Origin: Alphaproteobacteria bacterium | Lineage (GTDB): Bacteria; Pseudomonadota; Alphaproteobacteria; UBA6615 | Reading direction: 5' to 3' | NCBI GenBank assembly: GCA_038131445.1 | Contig: JAYPPL010000010.1 | Location: 349,918 to 413,917, forward strand | Length of the DNA stretch: 64,000 nt | Shown: piece after piece, positions 10,347-20,257 of the stretch | Numbering within the stretch: position 1 is the first letter of the stretch | Layout: each line of letters starts with the position of its first letter | Program-made: the position numbers and the translations under genes | Notes under the pieces: generated by a model | What the model saw: only the letters and a program-made list of their open reading frames with translations | Told to the model about the DNA's origin: nothing | Database searches by the model: none

Positions 10347-11309
10347 TTACGGTGTAACGTGCTGAATGAACGACATGGGCGCAGGCTCACCCCACTGGGA
10401 ATTCAGGCCTTCCTCGGCCGGAATGAAGCGCGTGCCGTATTCCTCGTTCAGGGTGTCGGTGTCCGCCCAGTGCTCATGCACTCGGCCCCACGGATCCTTC
10501 CAGTAGTCGTAGATCTGGCTGCCGAGGACGTGTCGGCCGATACCCCAGACATGGTCATATTCACCGGTGTCGCGCAGATGCTCGTGGCCCATCATCACAT
10601 CGTCAAAGTCGGGGACCTCGAACGAGATGTGGTTGAGGCCGGCATTCTCGTTTTGCACATACAAGAAGACGTGGTGATCGACGAACTCCTTGCCCGCATC
10701 GATGCGGTTGAAGCTGGCGATGACCTTGTCCTTGTCACCTTCAACGAAGACCTCATCCGAGCCAACCAGGCCGATGTGGTGGCGTACCCAGGCGATGCAT
10801 TCGGCTAGCTTCGGCGTACCGATCACGCCATGGCCGATGCGCATGACATGGGCGGGGCCTTTCGGCTCGCGCCACAGCACGCCCGCACGGCGGTACTTGT
10901 CGATAGTGCCGAGGTTATAGGCATGACGGTCGATCGGTATTTCCGGGACCTCTTCGATACCGTGCACGACCTCGATAGTGTAGCCGTTCGGCTCGGTAAG
11001 GCGCACCCGCTTGCCGCCGCCCGGTTCGTCTAGGTTTTCGACCTCCGAGGCGTTCCCGGCTTCCTTGGCGAGCTTGTGAAGGTCGTCTTCGTTGGCCGCT
11101 CGGAAGGCGAGGCTGATGAAGCCGGGATTACCCTTCTCGGTCACGTGGATGTGGTTGCTGGTGCCGGTGCCGCGCATGAAAAGCTTGTCGGCGGTTCGTT
11201 CAGTGCGAACCATGCCGAACCGCGTCAGAAACTCTTCCTGCTTGTCGAGGTCGGGCGAGCGAATCCGACCCCAGGCGATATCCGCGACCCTGATAATTGG
11301 TTCCGTCAT
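10347..11309 (-). CDS. Two-domain VOC-family protein, extradiol ring-cleavage dioxygenase-like (THT oxygenase-like)
   Basis: RIGHGV, DHHVF, LNHISFE, WGIGRHVLGSQIYDYWKDPWGRVHEHWAD; GGAGGAG RBS. Confidence 0.75.
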   Translation of the reverse strand: MTEPIIRVADIAWGRIRSPDLDKQEEFLTRFGMVRTERTADKLFMRGTGTSNHIHVTEKGNPGFISLAFRAANEDDLHKLAKEAGNASEVENLDEPGGGKRVRLTEPNGYTIEVVHGIEEVPEIPIDRHAYNLGTIDKYRRAGVLWREPKGPAHVMRIGHGVIGTPKLAECIAWVRHHIGLVGSDEVFVEGDKDKVIASFNRIDAGKEFVDHHVFLYVQNENAGLNHISFEVPDFDDVMMGHEHLRDTGEYDHVWGIGRHVLGSQIYDYWKDPWGRVHEHWADTDTLNEEYGTRFIPAEEGLNSQWGEPAPMSFIQHVTP

Positions 11310-11417
11310 GTGATTGTCTCCTCCAGACGTCCGCCTGTACGACGGCATTTCTGTCACTCTAGGCAAACCTGTGTCATGCGAAAAGGCCGCAACATGATCT
11401 CTCCGGTGCGGCAGTTT

Positions 11418-11475
11418 CCATACGGTCAAGTACGGTATTGCGCGGCGCGCACACTGTCAATACGTTGGCGTATGG
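11418..11475. promoter_or_regulatory. Two imperfect palindromes (consensus CCATAC-N6-GTATGG), probable TetR operators
   Basis: CCATACGGTCAAGTACGG (11418-11435) and CAATACGTTGGCGTATGG (11458-11475) in the divergent VOC/TetR intergenic region. Confidence 0.6.
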
Positions 11476-11485
11476 AGGTGATGCC

Positions 11486-12067
11486 GTGGCGGCAAAGGCG
11501 AAACGCGAACAGGTACACGACCGAGATTCATGGCTCGCGGAGGCCCTAGAACTCATGCGCGAGCGCGGGGTCGATCATGTAAAGGTTGAACCGCTTGCCA
11601 AGCGACTTGGGGTCACTAAGGGCAGCTTTTATTGGCACTTCAAGAACCGCGGTGACCTGTTGCACTCGATTCCGGAGTTCTGGGTGCGCTCCCAGACCGA
11701 TCCGGTCCTCGACACGGCCAGCCGGACCCGGGGCGGGCCGCTGGATAAGATGCGCGCTGTCCTCGAGTTCCTCGCGCATGAGGATCCGGACCGGTACGAT
11801 AACGCCATGCGCGCCTGGGCGCAGTTCGATACCGAAGTAGCTGCCGCCGTCGCAAAGGTCGATGAGCGTCGCATGGCGACAGCGCGCGTTCTGTTCGAGG
11901 AGGCGGGGTTGAGCGCGGCCGATGCGGCCTTCCGCGCTCGGCTCTGGTATTTCTACGACGTGGGCGAGCATGTCACCGGCGATACGCCGTCCACGGTAGA
12001 AGAACGGCTGGCGCGTGCCGAGCAGCGGATGCGCCTTTTGACGTCGGATCTGACGGCGAAACCTTGA
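11486..12067 (+). CDS. TetR/AcrR family transcriptional regulator
   Basis: HTH VKVEPLAKRLGVTKGSFYWHFKNRGDLL; GTG start after GGAGG. Confidence 0.9.
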   Translation: MAAKAKREQVHDRDSWLAEALELMRERGVDHVKVEPLAKRLGVTKGSFYWHFKNRGDLLHSIPEFWVRSQTDPVLDTASRTRGGPLDKMRAVLEFLAHEDPDRYDNAMRAWAQFDTEVAAAVAKVDERRMATARVLFEEAGLSAADAAFRARLWYFYDVGEHVTGDTPSTVEERLARAEQRMRLLTSDLTAKP

Positions 12068-12117
12068 TCTGACCGACGAAAACCCCGACTATCGCGATGC
12101 AGACAACGGGGTGATTA

Positions 12118-12444
12118 ATGCGCGGACCACAGGATTATGGCGGTCTTCCCGCCGGGCCGGTTGACCCGGTAACCCATGAGCATGAACCTACCCATTGGGA
12201 AAAAACAGTTGATGCTCTGATGATGCTGGTCTTTGACCAGAAGCGGCAGCTCGCGCGGGTGGATGAATCCCGACGCATGCAGGAAGCGCTGGGCGAGGAC
12301 TATCACAAGTTTCCCTATTACGAGCGCTGGCTGCAGGCCGTGACATGGCTGATGCTGGAAAAGGGTGTGTTCTCCCAGGAAGAACTGGAAGCCAAGCAGG
12401 CCGAGGTGCGCGCGCGTCTGGAGGCGGAGCGCGATGCAGCCTAA
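12118..12444 (+). CDS. Nitrile hydratase beta N-terminal-like subunit (ScnB-like)
   Basis: MRGPQDYGG, WEK, DESRR, YYERWL..LEKGVFSQEEL. Confidence 0.8.
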   Translation: MRGPQDYGGLPAGPVDPVTHEHEPTHWEKTVDALMMLVFDQKRQLARVDESRRMQEALGEDYHKFPYYERWLQAVTWLMLEKGVFSQEELEAKQAEVRARLEAERDAA

Positions 12445-12718
12445 GTACAAGCCGGGCGACAAGGTCCGTATCCTTGAGCGCAACCAGCCTGGACACGTGC
12501 GCACGCCTATCTATGTGCGCGGCAAGACCGGTGTGATCGAACGCATCGTCGGTTCGTTTCCCAATCCCGAACTGCTCGCCTATGGCCATACGGGCCTGCC
12601 CTACAAGATGCTTTACCGGGTAAATTTCAGGCAGTCCGACCTCTGGGACGACTATGACGGGCCCTTGGACGACACGCTCGAGATCGAGATTTACGAACAC
12701 TGGCTGGCGCCGGCCTGA
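12434..12718 (+). CDS. Nitrile hydratase beta C-terminal (SH3-like) subunit (ScnA-like)
   Basis: KYKPGDKVRI..GHVRTPIYVRGKTGVI..LYRVNF..DLW..EIYEHWL; overlaps the upstream gene by 11 nt. Confidence 0.8.
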   Translation: MQPKYKPGDKVRILERNQPGHVRTPIYVRGKTGVIERIVGSFPNPELLAYGHTGLPYKMLYRVNFRQSDLWDDYDGPLDDTLEIEIYEHWLAPA

Positions 12719-12735
12719 CGCGCGCGGAGGTACCG

Positions 12736-13395
12736 ATGAGCGAACATCATCACGACCACGATCACCCGACCCACACCCATGACGGCAAACCGATTCAGGA
12801 AGACCCGTTGCCGCCAATCGAGGCGCAGATTCTCGAAGCATCGGTCCGCGAATTGCTGATTGAGAAGGGCGTCGTCTCCGCCGAAGAGATCCGCCGCGCC
12901 ATCGAAGTGATGGAAACACGCGGTGAATCGCTGGGTGCCCGCATCGTGGCCCGCGCCTGGACAGACCCGGCGTTCAAGCAGAAGCTACTCCACCAAAGCG
13001 ACGACGCATTGCTGGAGTTCGGCATCGACATGCGGCCGATGGAACTGTGCGTGGTCGAGAACACCGAGGATGTGCACAACATGGTCGTTTGCACGCTGTG
13101 TTCCTGTTATCCGCGCCCGATCTTGGGCATTCCGCCGGCCTGGTACAAGCGGCGCGATTATCGCGCGCGCGCGGTGCGCGAGCCACGCGCGGTGCTGAAG
13201 GAATTCGGGACAGAACTTCCCGACTCTCAGCAGGTTCGTGTGCACGACAGCAACGCCGATCTCCGCTATCTCGTTCTGCCGAAGCGTCCGAAAGGTACGG
13301 AAGGCTGGACTGCTGAGCAGCTTGAAGCGTTGATCACCCGCGACAGCATGATCGGTGTGTCCGACGTGCGCGATCCGTTGGAAACCGGTGCCTAA
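12736..13395 (+). CDS. Cobalt-type nitrile hydratase alpha / thiocyanate hydrolase gamma subunit (ScnC-like)
   Basis: VARAWTDPAFK, VVCTLCSCYPRPILG metal motif, VREPRAVLKEFG, RYLVLP; His-rich N-terminus. Confidence 0.9.
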   Translation: MSEHHHDHDHPTHTHDGKPIQEDPLPPIEAQILEASVRELLIEKGVVSAEEIRRAIEVMETRGESLGARIVARAWTDPAFKQKLLHQSDDALLEFGIDMRPMELCVVENTEDVHNMVVCTLCSCYPRPILGIPPAWYKRRDYRARAVREPRAVLKEFGTELPDSQQVRVHDSNADLRYLVLPKRPKGTEGWTAEQLEALITRDSMIGVSDVRDPLETGA

Positions 13396-13657
13396 TATAT
13401 CTCGCGGCACGGTAGGAATGGTGCTGGGTGAGCCGGTGGTAAATTTCACTTATTTTCACGATATGGTATCGCAAAAAATCAGGGCTTAATTTTAATCGAA
13501 TTAAAGCCCTGCCATTTCGCTTCGCGCCGTGCGGATGTCGAACCTGCAGGGTAGGGTCTTGGTGGGGCGTGACCCTAGCCGTTAGATGAATGTAATGGTA
13601 AGGGCGATTTGGTGTAGCCCTGCCGAGCCTATTGTGGATGGGGGCACACGCGTGTCG

Positions 13658-14920
13658 ATGCGTGAGAAGGCGGCGAGGCCGGTTCAGGAGCAGCGAGAGA
13701 TGATCTTCCGTATGCACAGGTGTTTGCGCTATTTGCGGCTTGGCCGGGTGACGCAGACCGCTGCGCTAGCACTCCTCACAGGAGCCATCGGCTGGTCGGG
13801 ATACGCCACTGCCATATATTTCACGCACAACAAAACCGTCTCGGCGCGCAATGCCGAGATTGTCAGCCTCGAAACCCGAAATGAAAAGCTTGAGGGCGAT
13901 CTGGCCCGCCTGCGCAACAGTATCGCCATCCAAGAAAAGTCGCTGACCGCGACCCAGAAATCCACAGACGATCTGTTGGCTGATAATGAGAAGTTGCAAT
14001 TCCGCGTTGCTGGTCTTGAAAAGCGCCTAACTGAGGAGGTCGAGAGCGGCAAAGCCTTCGCGCTGGCTCATATGGGCGAGGTCGAGGCGCGAGCGCGCGA
14101 CGAAATCGCACGGTCTGGTCTCATCAACCGCCTGAACGAGTTAGTCCGCGAACTGGCGGCTGCGGAGCAAGATAAGAAATCCCTTCAGGGCGAGCGCGAG
14201 GCTCTGGGTGCTGAAGTTGCATCACTCTCTGGCCTGCTCGAATCCATCGAGGAGGCGCAGGGGAATATCGTCGCGCGGTTGGCCGAACAGGCGAGCGAGA
14301 GTGGCGATGCGCTCAAGCGCACTTTGTCAATTGCCGGGCTTGATGTTGACCGCATGCTCGACCGGCTGTCGCGTAGCGATGGGGGTGCAGCAGTTGGTGG
14401 CCCGCTGCTACCTATCGACGAAAGCCTCGGGGCGCAACTGGTGCACAAGATCTTGACGGTGGACCGCCGCATCGACGACTTCGAGCGCCTTCAAAATTTG
14501 ATGCAGCGCCTGCCGCTGATCGCGCCGCTCGATGAATACCGTATTACAAGTGGATATGGACGCCGTGTAGATCCGTTCACCAAGCGGCTTGCGCTTCATA
14601 GCGGCATCGATCTGGCAAGCCGGCGTAAGGCTTCGGTGATGGCCACTGCGCCGGGTAAGGTGACCTATGTCGGCTGGAAGGGCGGTTACGGCAAGATTGT
14701 GGAGGTCGATCACGGCCTCGGCATACGCACCCGTTACGCGCATCTGTCGAACATCTATGTGAAGCGCGGTCAGAAGCTGGAATTTCGTGAGAAGGTTGGC
14801 CAGGTCGGCAGCACTGGACGTAGTACAGGCGAACACCTGCACTATGAGGTGGTTGTGGATAGCCGGAGCCAGAACCCGGCGGACTTCATCAAGGCGGGGC
14901 AATATATTTTCAAAAAATGA
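13658..14920 (+). CDS. M23 family peptidase with N-terminal TM and coiled coil (LmdC/DUF5930-like)
   Basis: HSGIDLA, TRYAHL, GSTGRSTGEHLHYEV; start uncertain (13586-13700). Confidence 0.88.
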   Translation: MREKAARPVQEQREMIFRMHRCLRYLRLGRVTQTAALALLTGAIGWSGYATAIYFTHNKTVSARNAEIVSLETRNEKLEGDLARLRNSIAIQEKSLTATQKSTDDLLADNEKLQFRVAGLEKRLTEEVESGKAFALAHMGEVEARARDEIARSGLINRLNELVRELAAAEQDKKSLQGEREALGAEVASLSGLLESIEEAQGNIVARLAEQASESGDALKRTLSIAGLDVDRMLDRLSRSDGGAAVGGPLLPIDESLGAQLVHKILTVDRRIDDFERLQNLMQRLPLIAPLDEYRITSGYGRRVDPFTKRLALHSGIDLASRRKASVMATAPGKVTYVGWKGGYGKIVEVDHGLGIRTRYAHLSNIYVKRGQKLEFREKVGQVGSTGRSTGEHLHYEVVVDSRSQNPADFIKAGQYIFKK

Positions 14921-15050
14921 CTGGGACCCCGGCGACAAGTGCACTCCGTCGATTATCGACACCCGCATGTGAGTCGCGGGCGATCTGCACAGCGAGGGCT
15001 CTGGCTAGATTAGGCGTGATCGAGCGCGGTATGCGCTGCGACGCGGAACA
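14904..15050 (+). pseudogene. Bactofilin remnant
   Basis: IFSKN...TPSIIDTRM*VAGDLHSEG then a frameshift to GVIERGMRCD; start appears mutated (ATA TTT TCA AAA); lies directly behind the M23 gene. Confidence 0.65.
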
Positions 15051-15083
15051 GTCCCTAGATAATCTCGTCGTCAGCGACAACGC

Positions 15084-16061
15084 CTAGCCGTCATTCAGAC
15101 ATTCCTTGAAGGTTTTGGCATCGACGTTGCCACCTGACAGGGTGGCGGCGATGGTTTTGCCATAGCAGTTGATCCTACCGGACAGTATCGCGGCGAGCGT
15201 CACCGCGCCGCCGGGTTCCACCACGAGCTTCAGTACCCGCCACGCATAGGCAACCGCTTCACGGACCTCTTCGTCATTGGCTGACAGGCCGGTCAGGCCG
15301 AGGCTCTGCATCGCCGTGAAGGTGATCTCCCCCGGTGTGGGGGCCAGCAGCGCATCGCATATTGAAGAGGTTTTCATATCATTGACGACCCGCTGCCCGG
15401 ATGCGAGCGAACGTTTTGTATCGTCGTAGTCGGCGGGTTCGACCGGATAGACCTTCGTGCAGGGCATGCGGTCCGCCAGCGCCATAGCGGTGCCGGCTGT
15501 CAGCCCGCCACCGCCGCAACATACAAGCACGGCATCGGGCACCGCGCCCAGATCGGCGCATTGTGAGGCGATCTCCAGACCAACGGTGCCCTGTCCGGCG
15601 ATGGTCCAGGGATGGTCGTAGGGCGGCACGATGGTGGCGCCTTCGCGCTCGGCAATCTCCTGCGCAATAGCGGCCCGGTCCTCTTGGATGCGGTTGTAGG
15701 TGACAACCGTGGCACCATAGCTGCGTGTGTTATCGATCTTAATGGCGGGCGCATCCGCCGGCATGACGATGGTCGCGGGCACGCCGAGCAATTGCGCCGA
15801 CGCGGCGACGCCTTGGGCATGGTTGCCGGAGGAATAGGCGACCACGCCGTTGGCGCGTTGAGTCACGGGGATTTTCGAAAGGAAGTTGAATGCGCCGCGG
15901 AACTTGAAAGAGCCGGTGCGCTGCAGCGTCTCGGCCTTCAACAGGATACGGCCCCCGGTGCGTTCGTTTAGCGCCGGGTTCTCGATCAGGGGCGTGCGGA
16001 CCGCGTAGCCAGCAATCCGCGCCGCCGCGGCTTCAATATCGTCAATCATGGGAAGGTTCAT
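15084..16061 (-). CDS. PLP-dependent threonine/serine dehydratase family protein
   Basis: LKAETLQRTGSFKFRGA, SSGNHAQG, IAGQGT, GGGGL, SGGNVD. Confidence 0.9.
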   Translation of the reverse strand: MNLPMIDDIEAAAARIAGYAVRTPLIENPALNERTGGRILLKAETLQRTGSFKFRGAFNFLSKIPVTQRANGVVAYSSGNHAQGVAASAQLLGVPATIVMPADAPAIKIDNTRSYGATVVTYNRIQEDRAAIAQEIAEREGATIVPPYDHPWTIAGQGTVGLEIASQCADLGAVPDAVLVCCGGGGLTAGTAMALADRMPCTKVYPVEPADYDDTKRSLASGQRVVNDMKTSSICDALLAPTPGEITFTAMQSLGLTGLSANDEEVREAVAYAWRVLKLVVEPGGAVTLAAILSGRINCYGKTIAATLSGGNVDAKTFKECLNDG

Positions 16062-16203
16062 GCGGGCGAAATACCAAGGATGTCCGGCAGGGGTGACAGG
16101 GTATCGATTCCATCGGCGCAGTGCATCACGGCTGAATTGAAATCGAGCAGCGTGCCGAGGGCGTCGAACTCGCACGCCCGAACGTGTTCGATGCGCACAT
16201 CCG

Positions 16204-18180
16204 TCATTGCTGACCGATCACTCTATTCAGGGGCACCGCGCCTACTTCCGCTACCTGACCGTTAGCCAGAAGGTACTCGTAGACTGGCTGCGTCTCGCTC
16301 ACCCGCTGGACGTAGTTGCGTGTTTCGGCGAAGGGGATCGATTCGATCCAGTCGATCATTTCGATCTGGCCCGCTCGGGGATCACCGAACTGGTTCAGCC
16401 AGCGGTCCACCCGGTGCGGTCCGGCGTTGTATGCAGCCAGCGCAAGCGGTGTAGCTCCAGCGTAGCGGTCGAGCATTTCACCTAGATAAGCGCGCCCAAG
16501 CCTGATGTTATAGGCCGGATCTTTGGTCAGCAGCGGTTTACGATAGGGCGCGGACAGAGAGGAGGCGACACGCTTCGCCGTGCCCGGCATCAGCTGCATC
16601 ATGCCGCGCGCGCCCGCACCGCTCAGCGCGGTCCGGTCAAAACCGCTTTCCTGCCGGATTACGGAGAGGACAAGCGCTTCGGGCGGGTTCCCTTTCACGG
16701 ATGTGATGGGAATAGGGGTCATCGGGTAGCCCGCAATCCCAATCAGGTTATCGAGCTGGCTGACGCGCTTCACCGCGCGGATCGCCTCGCGAGGGCGTCC
16801 CGATTCATGGGCGAGCTGGGCAACTAGAAGGCGTTCCTCGGCGCTTTCCGCCAATCCCGCGAGATGTAGGAGGAAAGTGCGCAGGCCGGCATTCGCCCCC
16901 ATCTCGTGCAGCCGGTGCACCAGTTGCACGAGCTCCTGTTCTACGAAGGCCCGCCTAGTTTCTGTGTCGGACGGGGTCGAGAAAGTGAAACTGGTCAGCG
17001 TGCGGCCCAGTTCGCGAGTGGCTTCCTGCCCGTAAAAGGTCGTCGGGTATCCTGCGGCACGGTCGAACCATTCACGTGCGAGCTGGTCGTTGCCGCGCGC
17101 CTTTGCGGCGCGGGCTTTCCAGTAAGCGCCGCGCGACCGGCTTATAGGATATGAGACCCCGTTGAACAGGGTCTTGAAATGGTCTTCGGCGATATTGGGA
17201 TCTTTCAGGAAGCGCAGGTGGATCCAGCCCGCGAGGAACTCGGCCTCGGCGAACTCACCGCCACCTTTGAGTCCGTGTTTGGCCACCAGCTTTGCGGCCT
17301 CACTATAATGTCCGTCTTCTAGTGCGCGGCGGGCGAGGATACGGGCTTCCAGCGACCAGCGCTCAGGCATGGGGCGCGTGCCCTGAAAGCGGCTTAGGAT
17401 ATCCGCCGCGCTACTGTCCATATCCTCGAAGCGCCGCCACCGCAGGCGTTCGAACCAGAGTTCTGGCGAACCCCGCAGGGTTGCAGGGACCCGAGCGATC
17501 GCACTGTCAACGCCGGGGCTGCGGCGCGCGAGCAAGATACGTGCTTTTCCCAACGCCGCTTGCCCGGAATCCACGCGCTTGAGCATCCGCCAGGCATCGG
17601 TGTGGTTTCTGTCCCAGATCAGACGGTCGAGCCGCGCCTTATGGTCCGATTTCCGGAGATATTTGCCGTAGCTGCGCAGGAATTTTGGCTCGATGCCGTG
17701 ATCGAAATTCCGGCTGATCCAGTATGTGCGGGCTAGCCCCGGGATGTCTGCAGTCCGGCCGAGGGCCGACAGGACGTCGAGATGCGCCAGCGCGCCTTCG
17801 CCTGTGAGCGCGCGGTTCCGCTCGAACCAGGTTAAAAGCTGCAGATTACCCTGGGTGCCGTCCAGGGCCTTTTCCGCGTTTCGGCGAAGTTCGGGCAGGC
17901 GCGGCCAGGTCGGGTGGGCGTCCAGGAATGCCGCGATATCCTCGAAGCTTGCGGCTGTGTTGTCTTGCTGGAAGTCCAGCCAGTCGGCATAGGCGCGCAC
18001 CAGCGGGTCCGAAGCCAACGGCGCGAGGCGGCGCACGTCGTCCCATTTTTCGTCTTCGGCGGCGGCGACCAGCTTGCGGGCCTGCACGTCCGACGCGGCG
18101 GCCAACACAGGCATTGTGATGCCTGCCGCGAGGAACACGGAAAAAAGAAGGACGGGGATCGGGTTCGGGTTCGCGCTCAT
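16204..18180 (-). CDS. Soluble lytic transglycosylase (Slt70-like)
   Basis: Signal peptide; [36 protein letters not shown]. Confidence 0.9.
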   Translation of the reverse strand: MSANPNPIPVLLFSVFLAAGITMPVLAAASDVQARKLVAAAEDEKWDDVRRLAPLASDPLVRAYADWLDFQQDNTAASFEDIAAFLDAHPTWPRLPELRRNAEKALDGTQGNLQLLTWFERNRALTGEGALAHLDVLSALGRTADIPGLARTYWISRNFDHGIEPKFLRSYGKYLRKSDHKARLDRLIWDRNHTDAWRMLKRVDSGQAALGKARILLARRSPGVDSAIARVPATLRGSPELWFERLRWRRFEDMDSSAADILSRFQGTRPMPERWSLEARILARRALEDGHYSEAAKLVAKHGLKGGGEFAEAEFLAGWIHLRFLKDPNIAEDHFKTLFNGVSYPISRSRGAYWKARAAKARGNDQLAREWFDRAAGYPTTFYGQEATRELGRTLTSFTFSTPSDTETRRAFVEQELVQLVHRLHEMGANAGLRTFLLHLAGLAESAEERLLVAQLAHESGRPREAIRAVKRVSQLDNLIGIAGYPMTPIPITSVKGNPPEALVLSVIRQESGFDRTALSGAGARGMMQLMPGTAKRVASSLSAPYRKPLLTKDPAYNIRLGRAYLGEMLDRYAGATPLALAAYNAGPHRVDRWLNQFGDPRAGQIEMIDWIESIPFAETRNYVQRVSETQPVYEYLLANGQVAEVGAVPLNRVIGQQ

Positions 18181-18342
18181 GTGCAGGGCGGTATCTCCAC
18201 CGCGGAGTGTAGGGCAGCGCGTACCGCGTTGGCTAGAAACGGCTTTATGACAACGGCCTGCAGCCTTGTTTGGGCCGGGGCGGAGGGTTATCGTCCACGC
18301 GAGACAATAAGTACGCCCGCACCTTCGGGCGGGAGGGCCGAT

Positions 18343-19221
18343 ATGTTCAAGGGATCGTTGACCGCACTCATCACGCCGTTTCGTGACGGCAAGGTGGACG
18401 AAAAGGCGTTCCAGTCGCTGGTCGAATGGCAGATCGACGAAGGGACGGACGGCCTGATTCCTGTCGGCACAACGGGCGAATCGCCTACTCTCAGTCACTC
18501 GGAACACGAACGTGTGGTCGAGTTGTGCATTGAGGCGGCGGCGGGTCGTGTTCCTATCATCGCGGGCACGGGCTCGAACTCCACCGAGGAATGCATCCGT
18601 CTGACGAAGCACGCGAAGTTCGCGGGCGCGGACGCGGCGCTGATAGTGACGCCCTACTACAACAAGCCGAACCAAGACGGCCTCTATGCCCATTACAAGG
18701 CTGTGGCCGAGGCGGTGGACCTACCGGTCATCATCTACAATATCCCGCCGCGCTCGGTGATCGACATGTCGGTGGAGACCATGGCGCGCCTCGCGAAGGA
18801 CTTCGACTCCATGGTGGGTGTGAAGGATGCGACGGCCGATCTGACCCGTCCGCTGTCCACGCGGCGGGCGTGCGGCGAGGGTTTCTGCATGCTGTCGGGT
18901 GAGGACGCCACGGTGCTGTCGTTCATGGCCAATGGCGGCGACGGATGCATCTCGGTCACGTCCAACGTCGCGCCGGGTGCGCTGGCGCAGATGCATGATG
19001 CCTGGGCGAGCGGCAACCATGCCGACGCGATGGCGATTAATGCGCGGCTATTCCCTCTACACCAGGCGCTTTTCGTGGAACCGAACCCCGTGCCCGTGAA
19101 GTATGCCGCCTCCGTGCTGGGCAAGTGCACCATGGATGTGCGCCTGCCGCTGACGCCCGCGAACGAGAATACCCAGGCGCTAGTGCGCGATGCCATGGTG
19201 TCCGCGGGCTTGCTTAACTAG
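18343..19221 (+). CDS. dapA: 4-hydroxy-tetrahydrodipicolinate synthase
   Basis: [47 protein letters not shown]. Confidence 0.96.
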   Translation: MFKGSLTALITPFRDGKVDEKAFQSLVEWQIDEGTDGLIPVGTTGESPTLSHSEHERVVELCIEAAAGRVPIIAGTGSNSTEECIRLTKHAKFAGADAALIVTPYYNKPNQDGLYAHYKAVAEAVDLPVIIYNIPPRSVIDMSVETMARLAKDFDSMVGVKDATADLTRPLSTRRACGEGFCMLSGEDATVLSFMANGGDGCISVTSNVAPGALAQMHDAWASGNHADAMAINARLFPLHQALFVEPNPVPVKYAASVLGKCTMDVRLPLTPANENTQALVRDAMVSAGLLN

Positions 19222-19243
19222 CAGGACACGCTGCCGGACCGTC

Positions 19244-19723
19244 ATGGCTAAGAAGAAAAAGAAGGGTGCCCCTGGCCAGATTGCCGCGCAGAACCGCAAG
19301 GCACGCCACGACTACACCATCGAGGACAATCTCGAGACCGGCATTGTGTTGCAGGGTTCGGAGGTGAAGTCGCTGCGCGAAGGTAAGGGCAGTCTTGTCG
19401 ATGCCTGGGCGGGTGAGCGCAATGGTGAACTATGGATGTTCAACTGCCACATTCCGGAATACGCCCCTGCCCGTAATTTCGGTCATGAGGAACGGAGGCC
19501 GCGCAAGTTACTGGTGCATGCGCGTGAGATGGACCGCCTGTTTGGCGCGATCCGCCGGGAGGGCGTGACGCTGGTCCCGCTGTCGATCTATTTCAACGAG
19601 CGCGGCATGGCCAAGGTTGATCTCGGCATTGCCGCGGGCAAGAAGAAGTACGACAAGCGCCAGGCTGAGAAACAACGCGACTGGGACCGCCAGAAAGCCC
19701 GGGTCCTGCGGGAACATAACTGA
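19244..19723 (+). CDS. smpB: SsrA-binding protein
   Basis: NRKARHDY, GSEVKSLR, RKLL, GKKKYDKR. Confidence 0.96.
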   Translation: MAKKKKKGAPGQIAAQNRKARHDYTIEDNLETGIVLQGSEVKSLREGKGSLVDAWAGERNGELWMFNCHIPEYAPARNFGHEERRPRKLLVHAREMDRLFGAIRREGVTLVPLSIYFNERGMAKVDLGIAAGKKKYDKRQAEKQRDWDRQKARVLREHN

Positions 19724-19750
19724 CGTGCCAACGGGAACTTCTTTTTAGCA

Positions 19751-19780
19751 TTGACTTACGTTTACGTTAACGTAAACTTA
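19751..19780 (+). promoter_or_regulatory. LiuR operator overlapping a sigma70-like promoter
   Basis: Perfect palindrome GTTTACGTTAACGTAAAC at 19760-19777, preceded by TTGACT (-35-like). Confidence 0.85.
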
Positions 19781-19785
19781 AGAAT

Positions 19786-20187
19786 GTGGAACGGACCTAT
19801 TCGATATCAGATCTTGCGCGCGAATTCGACGTCACGCCGCGCACGATCCGCCATTACGAGGATGAGGGCCTGCTGTCGCCCGCGCGCAGTAGGCAGCAGC
19901 GGATTTATACCGCGCGTGACCGGACCCGGCTGGCGCTGGTGCTGCGCGGCAAGCGGCTGGGCTTCTCGCTGGCCGAGGCGCGGGAGATCATCGATCTGTA
20001 TTCCGCGCCCCAGGGCGAGGTCGGGCAGTTGCATACGCTGCTTGAGAAACTTGATGAGAAGCGCGCGATCCTTGAGGACAAGCGCCGCGATCTTGAAAGC
20101 GCGCTCAACAACATGGACCGTTACGCCGAACGCTGCCGCGAACGGTTAACGGAATTGCAGGCAATGGAAAAGGCGGCGGCAGAATAG
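19786..20187 (+). CDS. liuR: MerR family regulator of leucine/isovalerate utilisation
   Basis: [38 protein letters not shown]; upstream TTTACGTTAACGTAAA box; precedes the isovaleryl-CoA dehydrogenase gene. Confidence 0.88.
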   Translation: MERTYSISDLAREFDVTPRTIRHYEDEGLLSPARSRQQRIYTARDRTRLALVLRGKRLGFSLAEAREIIDLYSAPQGEVGQLHTLLEKLDEKRAILEDKRRDLESALNNMDRYAERCRERLTELQAMEKAAAE

Positions 20188-20257
20188 CCGTCTTGGGCGT
20201 TCGGCCGCCGCGCCCGATCATATTTCGGATGCGCTGTCGCCTGGAGGAACCGCGAGA

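Noticed and set aside
12736-12785. His-rich N-terminus of the NHase-like alpha subunit
   Set aside because: Common in Co-type NHase alpha subunits; not novel
13440-13580. AT-rich region with TTAA repeats and a tagggtc...gacccta hairpin upstream of M23
   Set aside because: TTAA spacing does not fit CtrA N7 and no riboswitch consensus is recognisable; probably just promoter and leader
14970-14972. TGA in the bactofilin remnant as a possible Sec codon
   Set aside because: Not at a Cys position, followed by a TAG and a frameshift, no SECIS-like hairpin
17914-18693. Apparent overlap of extended slt and dapA ORFs
   Set aside because: Artefact of longest-ORF calling; real starts at 18180 (-) and 18343 (+) are divergent
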